64,000 nucleotides of DNA from Oculina patagonica (lineage: Eukaryota), in contig NC_135761.1 of NCBI RefSeq assembly GCF_052425735.1, positions 7,998,001 through 8,062,000 on the forward strand, in the 5' to 3' direction. The position numbers and the translations under genes were made by a program. The notes below the pieces were generated by a model, which was not told the origin of the DNA, did not search any database, and saw only the letters and a program-made list of their open reading frames with translations. Shown here piece after piece: positions 11,025 to 26,000 of the stretch (the first letter of the stretch is position 1; each line of letters begins with the position of its first letter).

Positions 11025-14000
11025 ATGTTTTTCCTCGTCGCGATTTGCACTGCATTATCTCTGGCCGCGGGCGAAGTAAACAAGTAAGATTTAATAATCA
11101 AAATGCATTCTTGAACGAAAGTGTATTTTTAAAAAAGCTTACTATACATTTTAAACATTAACTATAACATAACATTAATAGGATTTTTATTTGGGTCATT
11201 TGGATGGGAAGTAAAAAGAGCACGTTTTTTCAGGAAGGTTCGAAATTTTTGCACGAATAAGCTTATCTCCGATATAGTTTGTCAAAACTGACCGTGACTC
11301 CTTAAGTGCTAATTACCGTGAGTAGTTAGCACTTAAGGCTTGTTTTAGAACTAAATCTTATATTGAGATCGGAGTTGGAATTCTGCTTTTCGTGCTTCCT
11401 TTATCTGAGGCCCTGTTAGGATAAATTTCGACAAGCGACACTGCGTTTAAATGGAAGAAGTAAAACTAATAATATGGCGAGGAACGACCATTAGGCGAAT
11501 TTATCGGTTTTAAAAATGTTCGACGGCGAACTGATGTAGTTACAAATTCCTTGCGTCAACAGCATTCAGGGCATGCACTAAGTTCCTCAGGGAACTAAAT
11601 TAAATTAATTTTAACGGCTCTCTTAAAATGCATGAAAAACTGCTTTGTGTTCTTAGTTCAGAGTCAGAAAGTTCTGCTCTGTGTACCTACATGTAGGTTA
11701 CTCACGTCTCCGCAATTCAGTTAGGCACGTCTTGTTTTAATCTGTCAAATAATTAAATTAATCTAAACGCTTTTTCAAAATGCACAAGAAACTCCTGCTC
11801 CGTGTACTAGTTCTGTGTCACGTCGTTTTATAATCAGAATAGGTCGAAAAATTTAAAACTCCTGCTCGTTTTTAATTGGTCGCGACATTAAAAAAATTAA
11901 CTGCTTTTGAAAATACCAGAGAAATACCTGCTCTGTGTACGGAGCTTACTCACGTCTTTTTAATTGGTTTGGAAATTAAAATTTTGAGAAACTTCTGCTC
12001 TGTTTCTGACATCATCATGAGACATGTATATATACCTACCCTAACAGGGCCTCTTATCTGTTATCTGCCGTACACGGCTTATATTACACAAGTTTGGATA
12101 TTTGTAGCCCTGTACTTGTCTAACCTCAGTTGAAGCTGATAGTTTAATACATGTATTTTCCTTTCTGAGGCGTGAAATTAATTAATGTATAACTGTAAAC
12201 TTAATTATGTAGAGCTTGATGGACTGATAATAGCATCACTGATAATGCTACCAATACCAATACTGTATTGTGTATGTATTGTCTTTATAATTTTGCAACT
12301 GCTAAAAGAAGCTTAAAGAAGCTTAGACCAGGCAAATGATCTGATGCTTAAAAGCCCAGGCCAAACAAGGATGTTATCGTCAACTCTCATTGACTACCGT
12401 ATTTACTTGAATAAGCGCCGCCCCCAAATAAGCACCGCCCTCGAATAAGCGCCACATTTAAGACCAAAAACTTAATAAGTGCCGCCCCCGAATAAGCGCC
12501 GCAGTCGCGATGCGGCGCTTATTCGAGGAATTTCATTTAACTAAAAACAGCACTACAAAGCAACTCTAAAACAAACTTGGACACTCTTTCTATCAAAAAC
12601 GAGGTTTTGCAGTTAAAAGTGGTTGTCGTCCATTAGTTTTCTATTCAACATTCTTACAATACGTAGTGCTCTAAATGTTATGAAGACCGCAAACTTTGCC
12701 AGGACAGCTAGTGCCACAGCTCTCTTTAGCAATGAAGAATACTGACAATCAAAAGACGCTATTTTCAATTACTGTAAAAAGATTGGATTCGTTGTGGCGT
12801 CCAAATTTTAAATAAGCGCCGCACTTGAGGCGCGAAAAATTTAATAAGCGCCGCGGCGCATATTCAAGTAAATACGGTATCATCAACTTGGGCCAAATAT
12901 GAATGAGATTTCGTCACACTCTCTTCAACTCTTATGAAAAATTGATTCGAGCACGTAAAAAGTTGGCGAGAGCATATGAGAGATGATGAGGTCTTTAGGG
13001 GAGGCTTTCAAAGCACTCAAACTTCATCAGTCTTGTCAACCACACAACCAATACAACCACTTTCAGTGTTACATGCATAGCTACCTTATTACATGAAATT
13101 TTCGTGACACTTTAATTTCGCGAATTTCGCAATTCTAAAAAAATATGATAAAATGTGACTAGGCATATAAATGTTTTTTTACTGAGTAATCCTGATTTCT
13201 CAAACCACTCAGACCAAACGCATTTCTATTGGATTTGCTTTACTCACGATCAGTCAAGCACTGTAATTTTTCCCTGCACTGTATTTGTACTGTGTACATG
13301 TTTGTATTTTGGTTCATGTTCCTTGCTTTTTGCCTGCCACAATCTTGACATCATGCAAAATCATTGTGACGAACGGCGATGTGAAGTTGATTGATAAAAG
13401 CAAGATACAAAGGTTGTTAATGGGATTTTCTTTGGGGTGTCCACTTATGGGAGCTTAAAAACAAAAAAAGTCTTAGTCGTACAAATAAATGTAATCTCTG
13501 AAAATGTCTGCTGCTTAATTAAGGGAATGTGATAGGGTAGGGATTTTCAGTGTCTAGTCTAGTATAGGGTTGCAAAAATCAGCTGAACATGGTCTGGTAT
13601 AGGGTAAGGGCTTCAAATTCCCAGCGGCACACACCCACCCAAAAATATACCGGGTGCCCCCCCCGGGGAATGTCTGCTTACGAGAATGTAAAAATACATA
13701 GTTTGTATGGGAGTTCAAATGGGGTTTCAAACAAGGTGCCAGTGGCCGTAAGTAGAGCTGTTCGCTTACATGAGTGTCTGTTTAGAGAGCTTTAACTGTA
13801 TTTAATGTTTCATTTGCAGCACCTACTTCATTACGGCCCCCAGCGTCTTCAGACCAGGGCAGCCTTTCAGACTTCGAGTGGCACTGAGTAATGCTGTCAC
13901 TCTTCCAGTGGATATAACAGCTGGCATTATGGATCAGAAGCAGAAAAGATTGATTGTTAGTCAGAGTGACACATTTGGCAAAGGTAAGCTCTAGAATAAA

Positions 14001-17000
14001 TTATGTATACAATGTAATTTAAACCTATAAATTTCCATCAAAACTGTTACAAGACAGTGTAGTATGGTGATGTAACATCTGCACTGTAGCTGTTATTTTA
14101 AAAACGTGATAAGTAGGAACTCAGTCATGTTCTTTTGGATATCCCTAATCTAACTGGTCCTCCAATTGGCTTCTTTTCACTGATAGGGCATGATAAATGT
14201 GCTTGTTGCTCTCATCTTTAAAGGAACAATATTGTTCTTGATTTTTGGCTTAAAAGTACATATTAAATAGGTGTTATCTGACTGCAATCCTTAAGAGTTT
14301 CTACTGCTAGGCCTTCCAAGGGCAACACAGTGAACATTTTAACAGCGACAAGCGACATCATTATGACACTGAAATGCGACAGTGACACAGTGTGACAGCA
14401 ACTCTACTGAACAATAATTAGACTACCCACCCTCGTTTTCTATGAACAATAGTCAACTTAGCTGCACCTTGTTCAACTGTTCACTTGTAGAAACTTGGAC
14501 TTGTAGTCTAATTGTTATGCTGCAATATACCGGTGTATTTTTACATGTTTGTTCATAATAAACTGCTTTTGGTCTTTTTGCAGGTCCCTCAAAAGAAATG
14601 ACATTACAGGTATAGGGATGTAGGTAGCAATGTAGCTACAGTGTTTTATGCAAAAACATGATGTATATTTAACTCTCACATGCGCCCAGGGGGGTACTCG
14701 GGATTTCAGGTGATGGGGATGATCAAAGGATTTTCTGGGTTCGAAATTTTCGATTCCGTGATTTTTTGGGTAGGAAAATTTGACAAGTATTTTTTTTATT
14801 TAATTAGGGATGTTTTTGGGTATTAAAAACAATCTGAAGATTCGTGGTAGTGCCTTGGCTTTGTAGTTCTGCGAATAAAGTACAAACAAAGGTGTTTTGT
14901 TGTTGATTTTTGAGAGGGCAATTTTTGATCAAGGGATTTTTTTGGGTTATGTTAGAAGCCCTAGGTTTTTTTTTGGGTCTTGACTTTTGCCGACATTCGA
15001 TCATCCCCGTCACTTGAAATGACGAGTACCCCCCTTGAGCACATGCGGCAGGGGAGGGAGCCATGCCAAGGTTAACCACTCCAGCCTCAAAGCAATAGAA
15101 AATTTAAGTCAAAAAGACAACTTCCAAAATAAAATTCCATGCTGATACAACAGTCTCAGCACCCAAAATGTTGTGTTCATAGAAGGTGGAATTAAAAAGA
15201 AACTCAGATGACGAAATGTTCAGTGTTTCATCAGTATTATAAAATTTTATTTTTAAGTAAAAATATGAGCGGGAGCGTTTACAGTGGTGCCATTGTAAAC
15301 GCCCATGCAGAAGGAAATGAAATGAAAACAATAAATTGAATGCAAAGTATTGTTATGCGAATCAGTACAGATCTGTATCGAAAGTTAATGAATACTAATT
15401 AGCTGAGCAGGAGTTTGTATCAAAAGTTAAAATTATCTACTGTTTGATTTGTATTGGGGTTTACAGTTGTGTACATGGGATCTGAATACTGTGCTGGGAT
15501 TGGTTTGCACACTCATGAATAATTAATGAATTTTACAATAAAAATTAACCCTTTAAGCCACGATAGTGCCATTTGGCACATGAGGTCATAACTTGGTCAA
15601 TATTTTTCTGACCAATTTGAATTTTTGCCACCAAGATTCCCTTGGAGAGATTTTGAAAACATGCTCTTCCCCCCTGTTTGTGACTTAATTGACCACCCCT
15701 ATAATTTTTGAAACTTTTTTCCCTGATACGTATGTGAGATGCAACATAACTGAAATTAACCACAACACTGAGAGCTGCACAAAAAGCTATAGTTTAGGGG
15801 TATACCTACTATATACGGAGATTCACACATTTTTAAACCTTTTTCTTTTTACGTTTTAAAGCAATATCTTTCAAGGCCATTACTTTTTTATTATTTGTTG
15901 ACATGTTTTATGACTAATTGTGATCGAAACATTTCAAATGGTGTATCATACATGGACATCCATATTTATTGATTTAGGGTACACGTTTGTCATCAAAATG
16001 ACTTTTGTTTTTCTTTTATTCAGATCCCCCATGGTGTGGCTTTTACATCTGTTCAGTATCAGTTGTCTGTAAATGGGACAGGAGGAGTCAAATTCTCTGA
16101 ACTGAGATATATCCGTTTCATGGAAAAGGGCTTCACTATCTACATACAGACTGACAAAGCCATATACAAACCAGGGCAAAATGGTAAAAAGATAAAAATT
16201 GTTGTATAATAAAAATTGTGCTGGACTGTATCTGATAAACTAAAAATTAAAATTATTTTGTAACAGTAACATTCAACATAAGCTTATGAACAAATTTGGG
16301 ATGGCACAAGATTTTTCAGTGGCTTGATCATCACTTGTACAGTGTAAGAGGCCCTGCCAGGGGGATCCCGTGTCGCTTGTCTAAATTTAAAAATTTCCCT
16401 TATCGCTGTTTTATCGCACTTCCCGACGCTGTTGGTAGTTGAATCAAAGGAAAATTGCTCGTCCTTGCTGGAATTTAAGTTTTCCCAAAAGGGTTGTTGT
16501 TTGTCGGGTTTTTATTTTATTTGCTGTCGCTACTTTTCTGAGCCGTGTCGCTTGTCGGAATTTACCATGACATAGCCTCGTGTAAGCTGTGAGGTTTTTT
16601 AAATACCTGGACCAGGTTTACATTGTGTCATACACTGTATGGCATTTGAATCTATTCTTTTTCTTTTTATTAGTTCTGATGCGAATCTTTGGAGTGCATC
16701 CAAACCTGAAAGTTTACACTGGCAATGTGAGTGTTGTATGTTATAATAAGTCAGAATAATTTAATTTGTATCATTGTATTTCGATGTGCCTTAAATGTTT
16801 GCTTATTAAAATTATATGTCAAAACGATAGTAGACCTGACTTTAGGTCAGTTGATGCAAGCTATTTAACAAATTGAGCGCATTTTTCATGTTGTACAGTC
16901 TTTTAGACCATAGAAATAACATCATAAAATGTTCAAAACTCAAGAGGAACCATGAGCTGTCAGGCAAGTGGTTTCACTGTAAAGTGTTGGATATTTCATG

Positions 17001-20000
17001 GCATCATTTCTATGGTCTATAAGTAGTTTAGAGTGTAGACCATGGAAAAATGTTGACGTTTTGTCGACCAATGCATGCAAGATTATTTTAATACATCATT
17101 ATGAGTAAAGACAATAAATAATAGTTACTTATTACAATAATTGTAACAGTGTTACATTTCACATACATGTAGCGTAAAATAAACTGTGATTAGAGATATG
17201 TACACGTATTGTAGGCTACGTATTATATAGATGGCCAATGTATCATTATTAATTATTATTTTTTAATTTGACGTTTGCTTTTCTCAATCAGTTGACAGTG
17301 GACATCTTGGTAAGTGATGAAGATTGATGGTTGACTTTGTGAATAATTAATTCATAATATTTAGTTTCTGTGAATTCTTGAAGAATACAAATATTTAAGA
17401 TTTTTCATCACTGAGGTTGTTTTTATAGTAATTCTTCAGTCACTGATTGTTTTTCTCAATACTCTTTCTAAGTTGCATTTTTTTTGCTGTATTATGATTT
17501 CAGGATCCCAATGGTAACAAAATGGCACACTGGGTCAATCTTAACAGCCAATCAGGTTTGTACATGTACTTGTTTGTCATACACGTAGAAGGTGACATGG
17601 TCTTCTTATTTCCCGATCAGTACACACATAAATTACGTTACAATGTACGTGATTGTAGTGGATGCGATTCGCTGTCTAAATGTCTATGTCGGTGAAAATT
17701 GTTTTGTTGCATTATGTTTAATGTGTTACATACAATTCTTTTGAATTTCAAGGTGTGATCAAGAGGGAATTTCTCCTTTCCACACAGCCAGTTGAGGGAG
17801 AATGGAAAATCTCTGTCACAGCAGCAGAGGTAATTAATGAGAATTTACACCATGGTCAGCTGTTAATTGATCGCTTGAACCTGAACTGATCCTGTGGCAT
17901 TCATTTTTTTTTTTTTTTTAGGATCAGAAAGCAGAACAAGTCATTGAAGTGAAGCCCTATGGTTCGTATCTCAATTGTAGTGTAACTTTTGACCAACAGT
18001 TGTTGCGCATCATCTTTTTATTGGCTATGCTGCATGAAAATACTAGGGCATTGTAACACAACTCCTATTTCCTAGCAGTAAAATGCTAGAACCTTGGAAT
18101 TATTCCGATTTGTATTGAAGCTTTCATTTAGATCATGAACTTGACTTGAATTACAATTAACTAATAATATTATAAATTAGTAGGAGGCTTCATAAGAAAT
18201 TGCTAAAAAAGTAGTGTCTCAAAATTAACAGACAGGAGTGCCAAAAAAGCCATCCCAAATTGTCTCAATTTTCTCAATTTGAGATACCCCATATGTCAAA
18301 CTTCACAAAAGATATTAATTTCAAACTGATTTAGATCCCTCAAATGCCTCTTACAACAACTTTCCTCCCTCCTTCCCCTGCCAAAAGATTTTTTTTTTTA
18401 ATGCATTTATTTAATATCACACGTTACACTGAGAAAGTGAAAAAAAAAAACACAGTTACAAAAAAAAAAAAAAGAAGATAAAAATACATCAAGTTACACA
18501 ATTTAACCGATAAAGCCTAACTTACTAACAAATACTTTTAACTAGTCTAAATTTTTATATAAATTTCTCTACACGGTATTTAAAATTAAGTTTCCTAACG
18601 AATTCAATTACCCCAGGCTCTATTTGATTAAGTTTCTGATTGTAAAGGTAATACTTAGCTAATAACATGCAGTAATTTAATTTCTTTTTTAGAGAGTGTC
18701 GTTGCAGTTGAGCAGAATTTAGTGATTTACCAAAGAGTAGTTCTTCATCACTTTGCGTAAAGGAGGTGCCGTTTTCTTCATTGAAGTGTTGTAAAACTTT
18801 ATGAAAGAATTGTTTAGAAAGGTGGCAGTCGATGAAAGTATGACTTATCGAATCTGGATGGCCGCAGTAGGTGCAGTCCGAGTTGTTCGATACTCCAAAG
18901 AGGTGAAGTTCCTTTTTGGAGACAAGTATCCTATGAGCAAGTTTGAAGTAAAATTCTTTAAGTTTGTTCTCTTTGCACATAAATTTAATTTGCTTAAAGT
19001 AGTTTTTCCAATGAATATCATTTGATGATAGATCTCGTTCCCATTTACTAAGTGCAGTTATTTTGGGAATACTTTTCTTTATAAAAAGCCAGTAATAGTC
19101 TTTGTTTTTTGTTTTCGTAAGATCGATCGATATTGTAGGTGACAATTGAAAATTCACACTATCAAGAAAGAGTGACTTATTTAATTGAGCATGTTTTGCT
19201 CTTTCTACTAGATGTTTCGGAATTGCAGATATGATTTGGTAATAATTTAAGAAGTTGCACTTAATTGTGTATGTTTGTTTGAATTCTTGAAATGATAAAA
19301 ACTTTCCGTTCTCGCTGAGAATATCTTGGATAGAGACAATTCCTTCTTCAAACCAGCTTTTCAGAAAAATCGGCCTATTCCCAATGAGAATTTCTTTGTT
19401 ATTGAACAGTATCATTTCTTGTCCATTGTCACTTTCATACAGGGTTTTAAGTTCTAAAAAGTACCACAATACCTGTTTGTAAAAAGGAGGTATATCAGTC
19501 TGGTTGAGAAATTTTTTATCGTAATTACAACGTAATAGAAAGTTTAAACCACCGTATTCTCTGAAAAAATGATAGGGAATTGCCTTCCAGTTCTCCTTCC
19601 TTGACAGCGCGTCGGTTATCAAAAATCTAGAAATCCAAGCAAGTTTTAATGATTTAGCTATTACCTCCATATTTGGCACACGTAATCCTCCGTCAACATA
19701 GTCTTGATACATGACTTGCCTTTTAACTTTGTCCGGTTTTTTACACCAGATAAAGTCAAATAGAGAGGTTGTAACTGAAGAGACAGTTTCCGAGGGGATG
19801 ACTAACATTGAAGTGGAGTATACTAAATGTGGAATGCCGAGACTTTTTGTTATCAAACACCTTCCAAATAAACTGAGATTCCTTGATCTCCAAATATCAA
19901 GATTAGTATTAAGCTTTCGAACCTTAAGCGTAAAGTTTCTTTTCTCATTCCCATTTTCATCGTAGGAAACAAAGATCCCAAGAGTTCTAACAGGTTCTTT

Positions 20001-23000
20001 TGTCCATTTTAGATTGAAGGGCTGATCTTCCCTATTGCGCCATGGGCCTAACCATATCGCTTTGGTTTTTGAAGTGTTTAGTTTCAGACCTGAATATGTC
20101 CCGAAATCGTTAACTATTGCAATCAAGTTTTGGACAGATAATAAATTATCACAAAAGGCTGATGTGTCATCCGCGAATTGACTTATTTTCGACTCTGTTC
20201 CAAAGATTGTGATACCTCTGACAGTTTTGTCTTGTCGGATCTTTGTGGCAAGAACTTCTGCAGCTAAGATGAAGAGATACGGTGATAAGGGGCAACCCTG
20301 CCTCACCCCTCTCGACAATTTAAAATAGTTTGTACAAAAACCATTGTTCAAGACGCTGCTCTCAGAGTTCGTATAGAACGTAGAGATCCATTTTTTAATG
20401 CCGTTACCAAAGTTGAACAGGTTGAGGGTATTTTGAATAAAAGACCATTCTAGGGTATCGAATGCTTTTTGAAAGTCTGAAGAGCAGATCCCAGGGAGAG
20501 CAGTATGCTTTTTGAAAGTCTAGAAGTAGCAGTATCCCAGGGATCTTTTGTAGCTCAGTTTGCTGGATTATGTCATTTATAAGCCTAATGTTTTGTCCTA
20601 TGTATCTCCCTTTCATAAAACCGGTCTGATCTGGATGGATAAGAGATGGTAAAACGCGTTCTATCCTCTTAGCGATAACTTTTGACGCTATCTTATAGTC
20701 TACGTTTAATAGCGTTATTGGACGCCAATTTGACAAAAACAACAAATTTGCATCTTCTTTGGGTAGAAGCGTGATAACTCCTCTTCGCTGGGACACAGAC
20801 ATTTCGCCGAAATCAAAAGCTGCATTTAGACTATTTACCAAATCCTGACCTAGGAGGCTGAAATATTGCTTATAGAACTCGGCTGTAAAACCATCGTCCC
20901 CTGGCGATTTCCCATTTTGAAAGGTGTTTAAGATTTTCTCACACTCTTCTAACGTTATTTCGCCATCAAGATTTGTCTTCTCCTCATCAGATAATTTCGC
21001 GAATTGTAAATCGCTACCAAAGTCAGTAAAAACATTACTACTGTGGTCAATATTCGAGCTGTACAAATTCTCATAAAAGGTTTGGATATCAGACATTATA
21101 TCCTGATCATGGACAATAATTTTTCCGTCAGACCTTTTGAGTTCCGATATAACTTTTTTATTGTAATTTTTTTTCTCCATGTTGAAAAAGTATTTGGTTG
21201 GCTTTTCACCTAGTTCAACCCATCTCACTTTGGAGCGAAAAATTGCGCCTTTGCCCTTGATTTCATAGAGGCGATTTAATTCATTTTTTAACCTGTCATA
21301 TTCTTTCAGTTTGTCTTCGGTATTTTGATTATCACTACTGTTGCTTATACTTTTGTCGATTTCGTCTAAGCGCTTTTGAAGGTCGGATTCTTGTTTGCGA
21401 AATTCTTTTGCTTTGCGAGCGGCGAAAGAAATAGTGATGCTTCTAATTTCCATTTTAATCAGTTCCCATCTTAGTCTTTTGTCAACTATGTTGGCATATT
21501 TCTCACTGATGATTGGATAGCTGTCTGTAATTAGAGTCAAGTAATTGTTGTCTTTTAAAAGTGAGTTGTTAAATTTCCATAATCCTGGGCCCCTTGACAC
21601 CTGGGATAACTTTAAACTGAGTTTGATTGCTTTGTGATCTGGAGTGATTGCAGTCTTTGTTTCAACGTTGTGGGCGTATTGAGTGAGGTGTTTTGCTATA
21701 AGAAAATAATCGATTCGCGATTTGACTTTCAAAAATTTAGACTCATATGAAAAACTTTTTGTATGGGGTTTTTGCTTTCGAAAAATGTCAATTAGATCCA
21801 GTTCTTCCATCATTGAGATAATACCATTCCGATAAGCCGTTGGTTTCCAACTTATGCCACCTTTCTTGTCAATGCTATCTAACGTAGCATTCCAGTCTCC
21901 ACCTACAATTAACTGTGTGATGTTTAAATTTGAAGTCATAAATTCGTTAAGAATCTGCAAGAATTTTCCTTGCGACTGACGGTTGGTAGGAGCATACACA
22001 TTACAGATAGATAGATTTACACCCCTGCAAATTACATCTATTGCAATAATTCGACCGTCAATGTCTTTGTAACTGTTTTCTACGTTTACGACAACAGAAG
22101 GGTTCACAAGAATACAAACACCTTTGCTGTGATTTGATCCGTGCGAGAAGAAAACGTCACCTCCCCATTCATTTTTCCATGCAAGTTCATCTTTTGGTTC
22201 TGAGAAAGTTTCTTGCAAGAGATAAAAATGGCAATTTTGATCTTTCAAATAACTAAAGATGGATCTTCTTTTGACACGGTTTCTTATACCTCTAACATTT
22301 AAAGTTATAAAATTACATTTTGGAGCTACCATAATCGTTTAAGGAAAGGAATATAGAATGTATTACAAAAAAAATATTGCTCATTTGCAACTCGATGCAT
22401 CTTTGGTAGCACAAAACAAAACATAGCAAAACAATAAAATAGAACGCGCGACACATTACAAGAACTACCGGTTTCCGATAATTTTCTTTTTTGTTTCATG
22501 CGGTCAGAATCAAATCGATCGCTGGAATTAAACCGAAACAAATCCCACCGAATCTGCCTAAGACAGATCACAGAGGAGTGAAATTGTGTACAATAACTAT
22601 ATACATTAAACAAAGTTCCAAGTAGAAAACACAATAACATTAGAACCGTAACGTAACGGGGAACAATTAATTTACAACTCAGGGGGCGATAATCTGAACT
22701 ACTCAACTCTGTATCACCTACCCAACGAAGACAAAATTAATCTATACTGATTAGTAACTTACATTTCCCCCTACGGTAAAAGTGAGGCCAATAATGACAG
22801 GATGGTTGAATTGTCAAAGTTCCTTGACGTCGTCGATCGAAAACATTTGTCTTGGTCTTCCAGTGGGAGAAGTTTTGACGAATAGCTTCCCGTCGAGCGA
22901 CCAAGTGCTTAGAATCTTCCCGTCTCTTCTTTTCTCAATAGCCAGTTTCATCATCTCGCTTCGGTACCCCGTTAGATTTTCGTTAATGAAAATACGCTGA

Positions 23001-26000
23001 TCGGCCAGGCTTGTTCCCGAGTAGCTCGGGAAGATGGTGGAGAGAGTTACATCTTTTAGACGAATTCTCGCCTTGTAACACTTTGCCTTGTCCTTGTGAT
23101 TAGCAAATTTGGCGATTATTGGCTTGATTCCTTTTTTTCTGTTTAAGCGATGGGAAATCTCGATTTTTTCCGGTTCCATCTCCACGCCTACCGCCTGAGC
23201 CACCTTGCAAACTACTTCATCGGTTGTAACACCTACATCCTCGGGAATGCCATGGAATTCGAGAGAGTTTTTACGGGAGTACTGCTCCAACTCGTCAAGG
23301 TTCGCTTGCAGGTCATCAATGTCACTCTTTTGTTTCTTTGAAGCTTTTTTTACACGTTCAAGTTCCAGTTCCAAAGAAGCGACATATTTGTTTTGGCTTA
23401 TCAATTCTTTCTTTAGCTTTTCGACTTCGCCGTTATTCTTCGCGATGTCCTTTCGAAGTTCAGCCACTTCACTTGACAGTTTGTTGTTGTCCTTGGCTAA
23501 CTTTGCAATATTGCCTTGAATCGCAGTAATAGCGCCTTGGATGTTTTTTAGAAGATTGTGGATGTCTTTGAGATTTGGTTCCATGTCTGGCTCTTCTATT
23601 TCCTCCTGAATAGCTTCCTCGTTAAGCGGAGAAGAAGCCGCCATATTTAAAATGTCGCCACGTGCTTGTTTGGAATCAGGCGATACTCCTGATCCGGAGA
23701 CGGCACTCCGTTTCATTCTTACTTGCCATAAGAAGTTTACACGATAGAAAGAGCGAACGGCACGAATTTTAGTCGAAATATTGCTTGAAACCACTTCTTG
23801 GGCAGGTGATACTGCGGAGCTCAATTATTTGCGTCCGGCCATGATGAGCCCCCCCGCCAAAAGATGCCCATTTTTAATTTTTTTTTCGTTTAAGAAGTGA
23901 TACCATAGTTGTTTCAATTCAAAAAACGTTTTGCCTAGCTGCTTATGCACATGTACAAAATGCACTTTTTGGTATTGTACATGTAACCACATCCTGATTT
24001 GAAAAAGTGGCCTATATTATATTTAACAATTATTTCGACTCGTAAGTGAAATTGTGTTCATTTCTGTATGTTCACAGTGCTTCCTAAGTTTGAAGTGAAA
24101 GTAAACCTTCCAGCATATGTAATTGAGAAAGAGAGTAAACTCACTGGTGCTGTTGATGTCAAGTAAGTTGTTTTCATTTTTTTTTTTTAATTTAAATCTT
24201 GTAACTTAGTGTCTTAATACCATAAGAGTTCTGGAAGTCACAACCCCCTAAAAGAAACGCCCCTTGATAAATAGCGATAAATTTTATGGTTGTTAGTAAA
24301 TCCCTCAAGTACCGGTAGTCGGTGTCTTTCTGAAAGTAAGAACTTTCTGTTTTTGTGATATCTGAAGAAGAACCTTAAATAATCTCACTCATTTTTTAAT
24401 TCCTTTCTTCTGTTAGTTAATCTGTCCACATACTATACTTTATTTTCCAGCTTATTTTCACTAAATTATTTATTAAGTAAACTTAATTACATGTAGTTTT
24501 TGTCTGTATGTTTGTGCGAGCACTGTATATATTATCCTAAGTACCTGACCCATTTTAGAAATTATTGTATTAAACACTAAGGATGGCTGCCCAATCTCAT
24601 TAGCCAATGGTGATTATTTTGGGCTGTCATGCACTTCCTTTTATAATTTTTATTCTTCTTTGTATTGTAAATTTAGTTTAATTTAGGGTGCAAATAAAGC
24701 GTTGTTGTTGTTGTTGTTGTTGTAAGCTCACAGTACCATCCAAACGCAGCTGTAAGAGAACACAGCTGCCTCTTATACCACTAACAAGAACATTAAAAAA
24801 CTGATTACTTCTGACCAATTTTTATTAAACCCCCCACCCTACCAAAACACCTAATATGAAATACTCAATTGTATTTAAGTAGAAGTTGTGTCCTTGTTCT
24901 TAAATTGGCCAAAGTGTTTTTAAGTTACATGTAGAAAAGTTACTTGTTTTTAAAAGCTACCCGAAAGTTGTGACCCTCCAAAAGATACAATAACAAGTCG
25001 GCTATACCTGAAAGTAACAAGGGCAGTTATTGGTTATCAGTTGCAGACCCCCTCCCCCTTTTAGTTTGCCTGTTAAATAAATCATAACTTATAACACTTA
25101 CTGTAATTCTTCGTAAAAAAAATAAAATGCTATAAAAGGTGATCTTAGGTAGATCCATCATTTTAAATTACAGATGGCCATCAACCTTGATGTTCATGTT
25201 TTAAGTTGAAATCAATTTTTTCAGAACTTTTATTTTTTTTGCCTTTGACCATTTTACCAAATTAATAAATTCTGTTATGGACTTTTTTTTCTTATTTTTC
25301 TTAAAGGTACACATATGGCAAGGGAGCTAAAGGAAGGGCAAATGTTCAAATTTATTTTAACTCATATGGACCAAAGAAAATCTCACTAGCTAAAGACATT
25401 CCTGTAAGTTCTAATGATAGAATTAAATTTAATTTTCCCTAAACACACCTTAAGAGGACACCGTACTTGATAAAATTATACAGCATACAAGGATGCAATC
25501 ATCTGAACTTAAGTGTACAAGAATTTTTTTTAGACACGGTTATCATGATCTTACTACAATGATTTATTTTTTAAGTCAAATCTGGCCAGAATTTCTCAAG
25601 CTTCATATCCAGCTACATTTTGTAAACCCAATGTAAATAGTTATTAACTTAACTTACTGCCCTATACGCCATTGGCACTAAGGGCAGCGACAAAGTTTCT
25701 CCACACATGCCTGTCACGAGCTTTCTTCTCGATGTCTCCCCAGGTGTAGTTTAGGGTTTTAAGTTCGCTTTCTACCATCCGTCTCCAAGTTGTTTTTGGT
25801 CGTCCACGCTGTCTTTTTCCTTCAGGTGTCCAATGAAAAAAAATAGTTATTAAGTGCAGCATAAAAACACTGGTGGTTCCGCACTCATCATTATTGTATT
25901 TTTTTTTTAAGAAAACCAGCAGATTCTATTATATTGGAATATTTCATTAATGACACTACATAACAAATATTTTTTTTGTCAATTTGCCACAAAATTAGCT

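Larger units (their letters stand above)
18390..23855 (-). mobile_element. Full-length L1/Tx1-clade LINE (~5.5 kb), antisense in TEP intron 9
   Basis: TSD gccaaaagat at 18380-18389 and 23856-23865. AATAAA plus poly(A) at 18390-18411 on the minus strand. 5' end GGGGGGGCTCATCATGGCCG. ORF1 and ORF2 both present. Confidence 0.93.

Noticed and set aside
18555-22332. Two separate genes (598 aa and 642 aa) or a programmed frameshift
   Set aside because: They are halves of one LINE ORF2 split by a local duplication.
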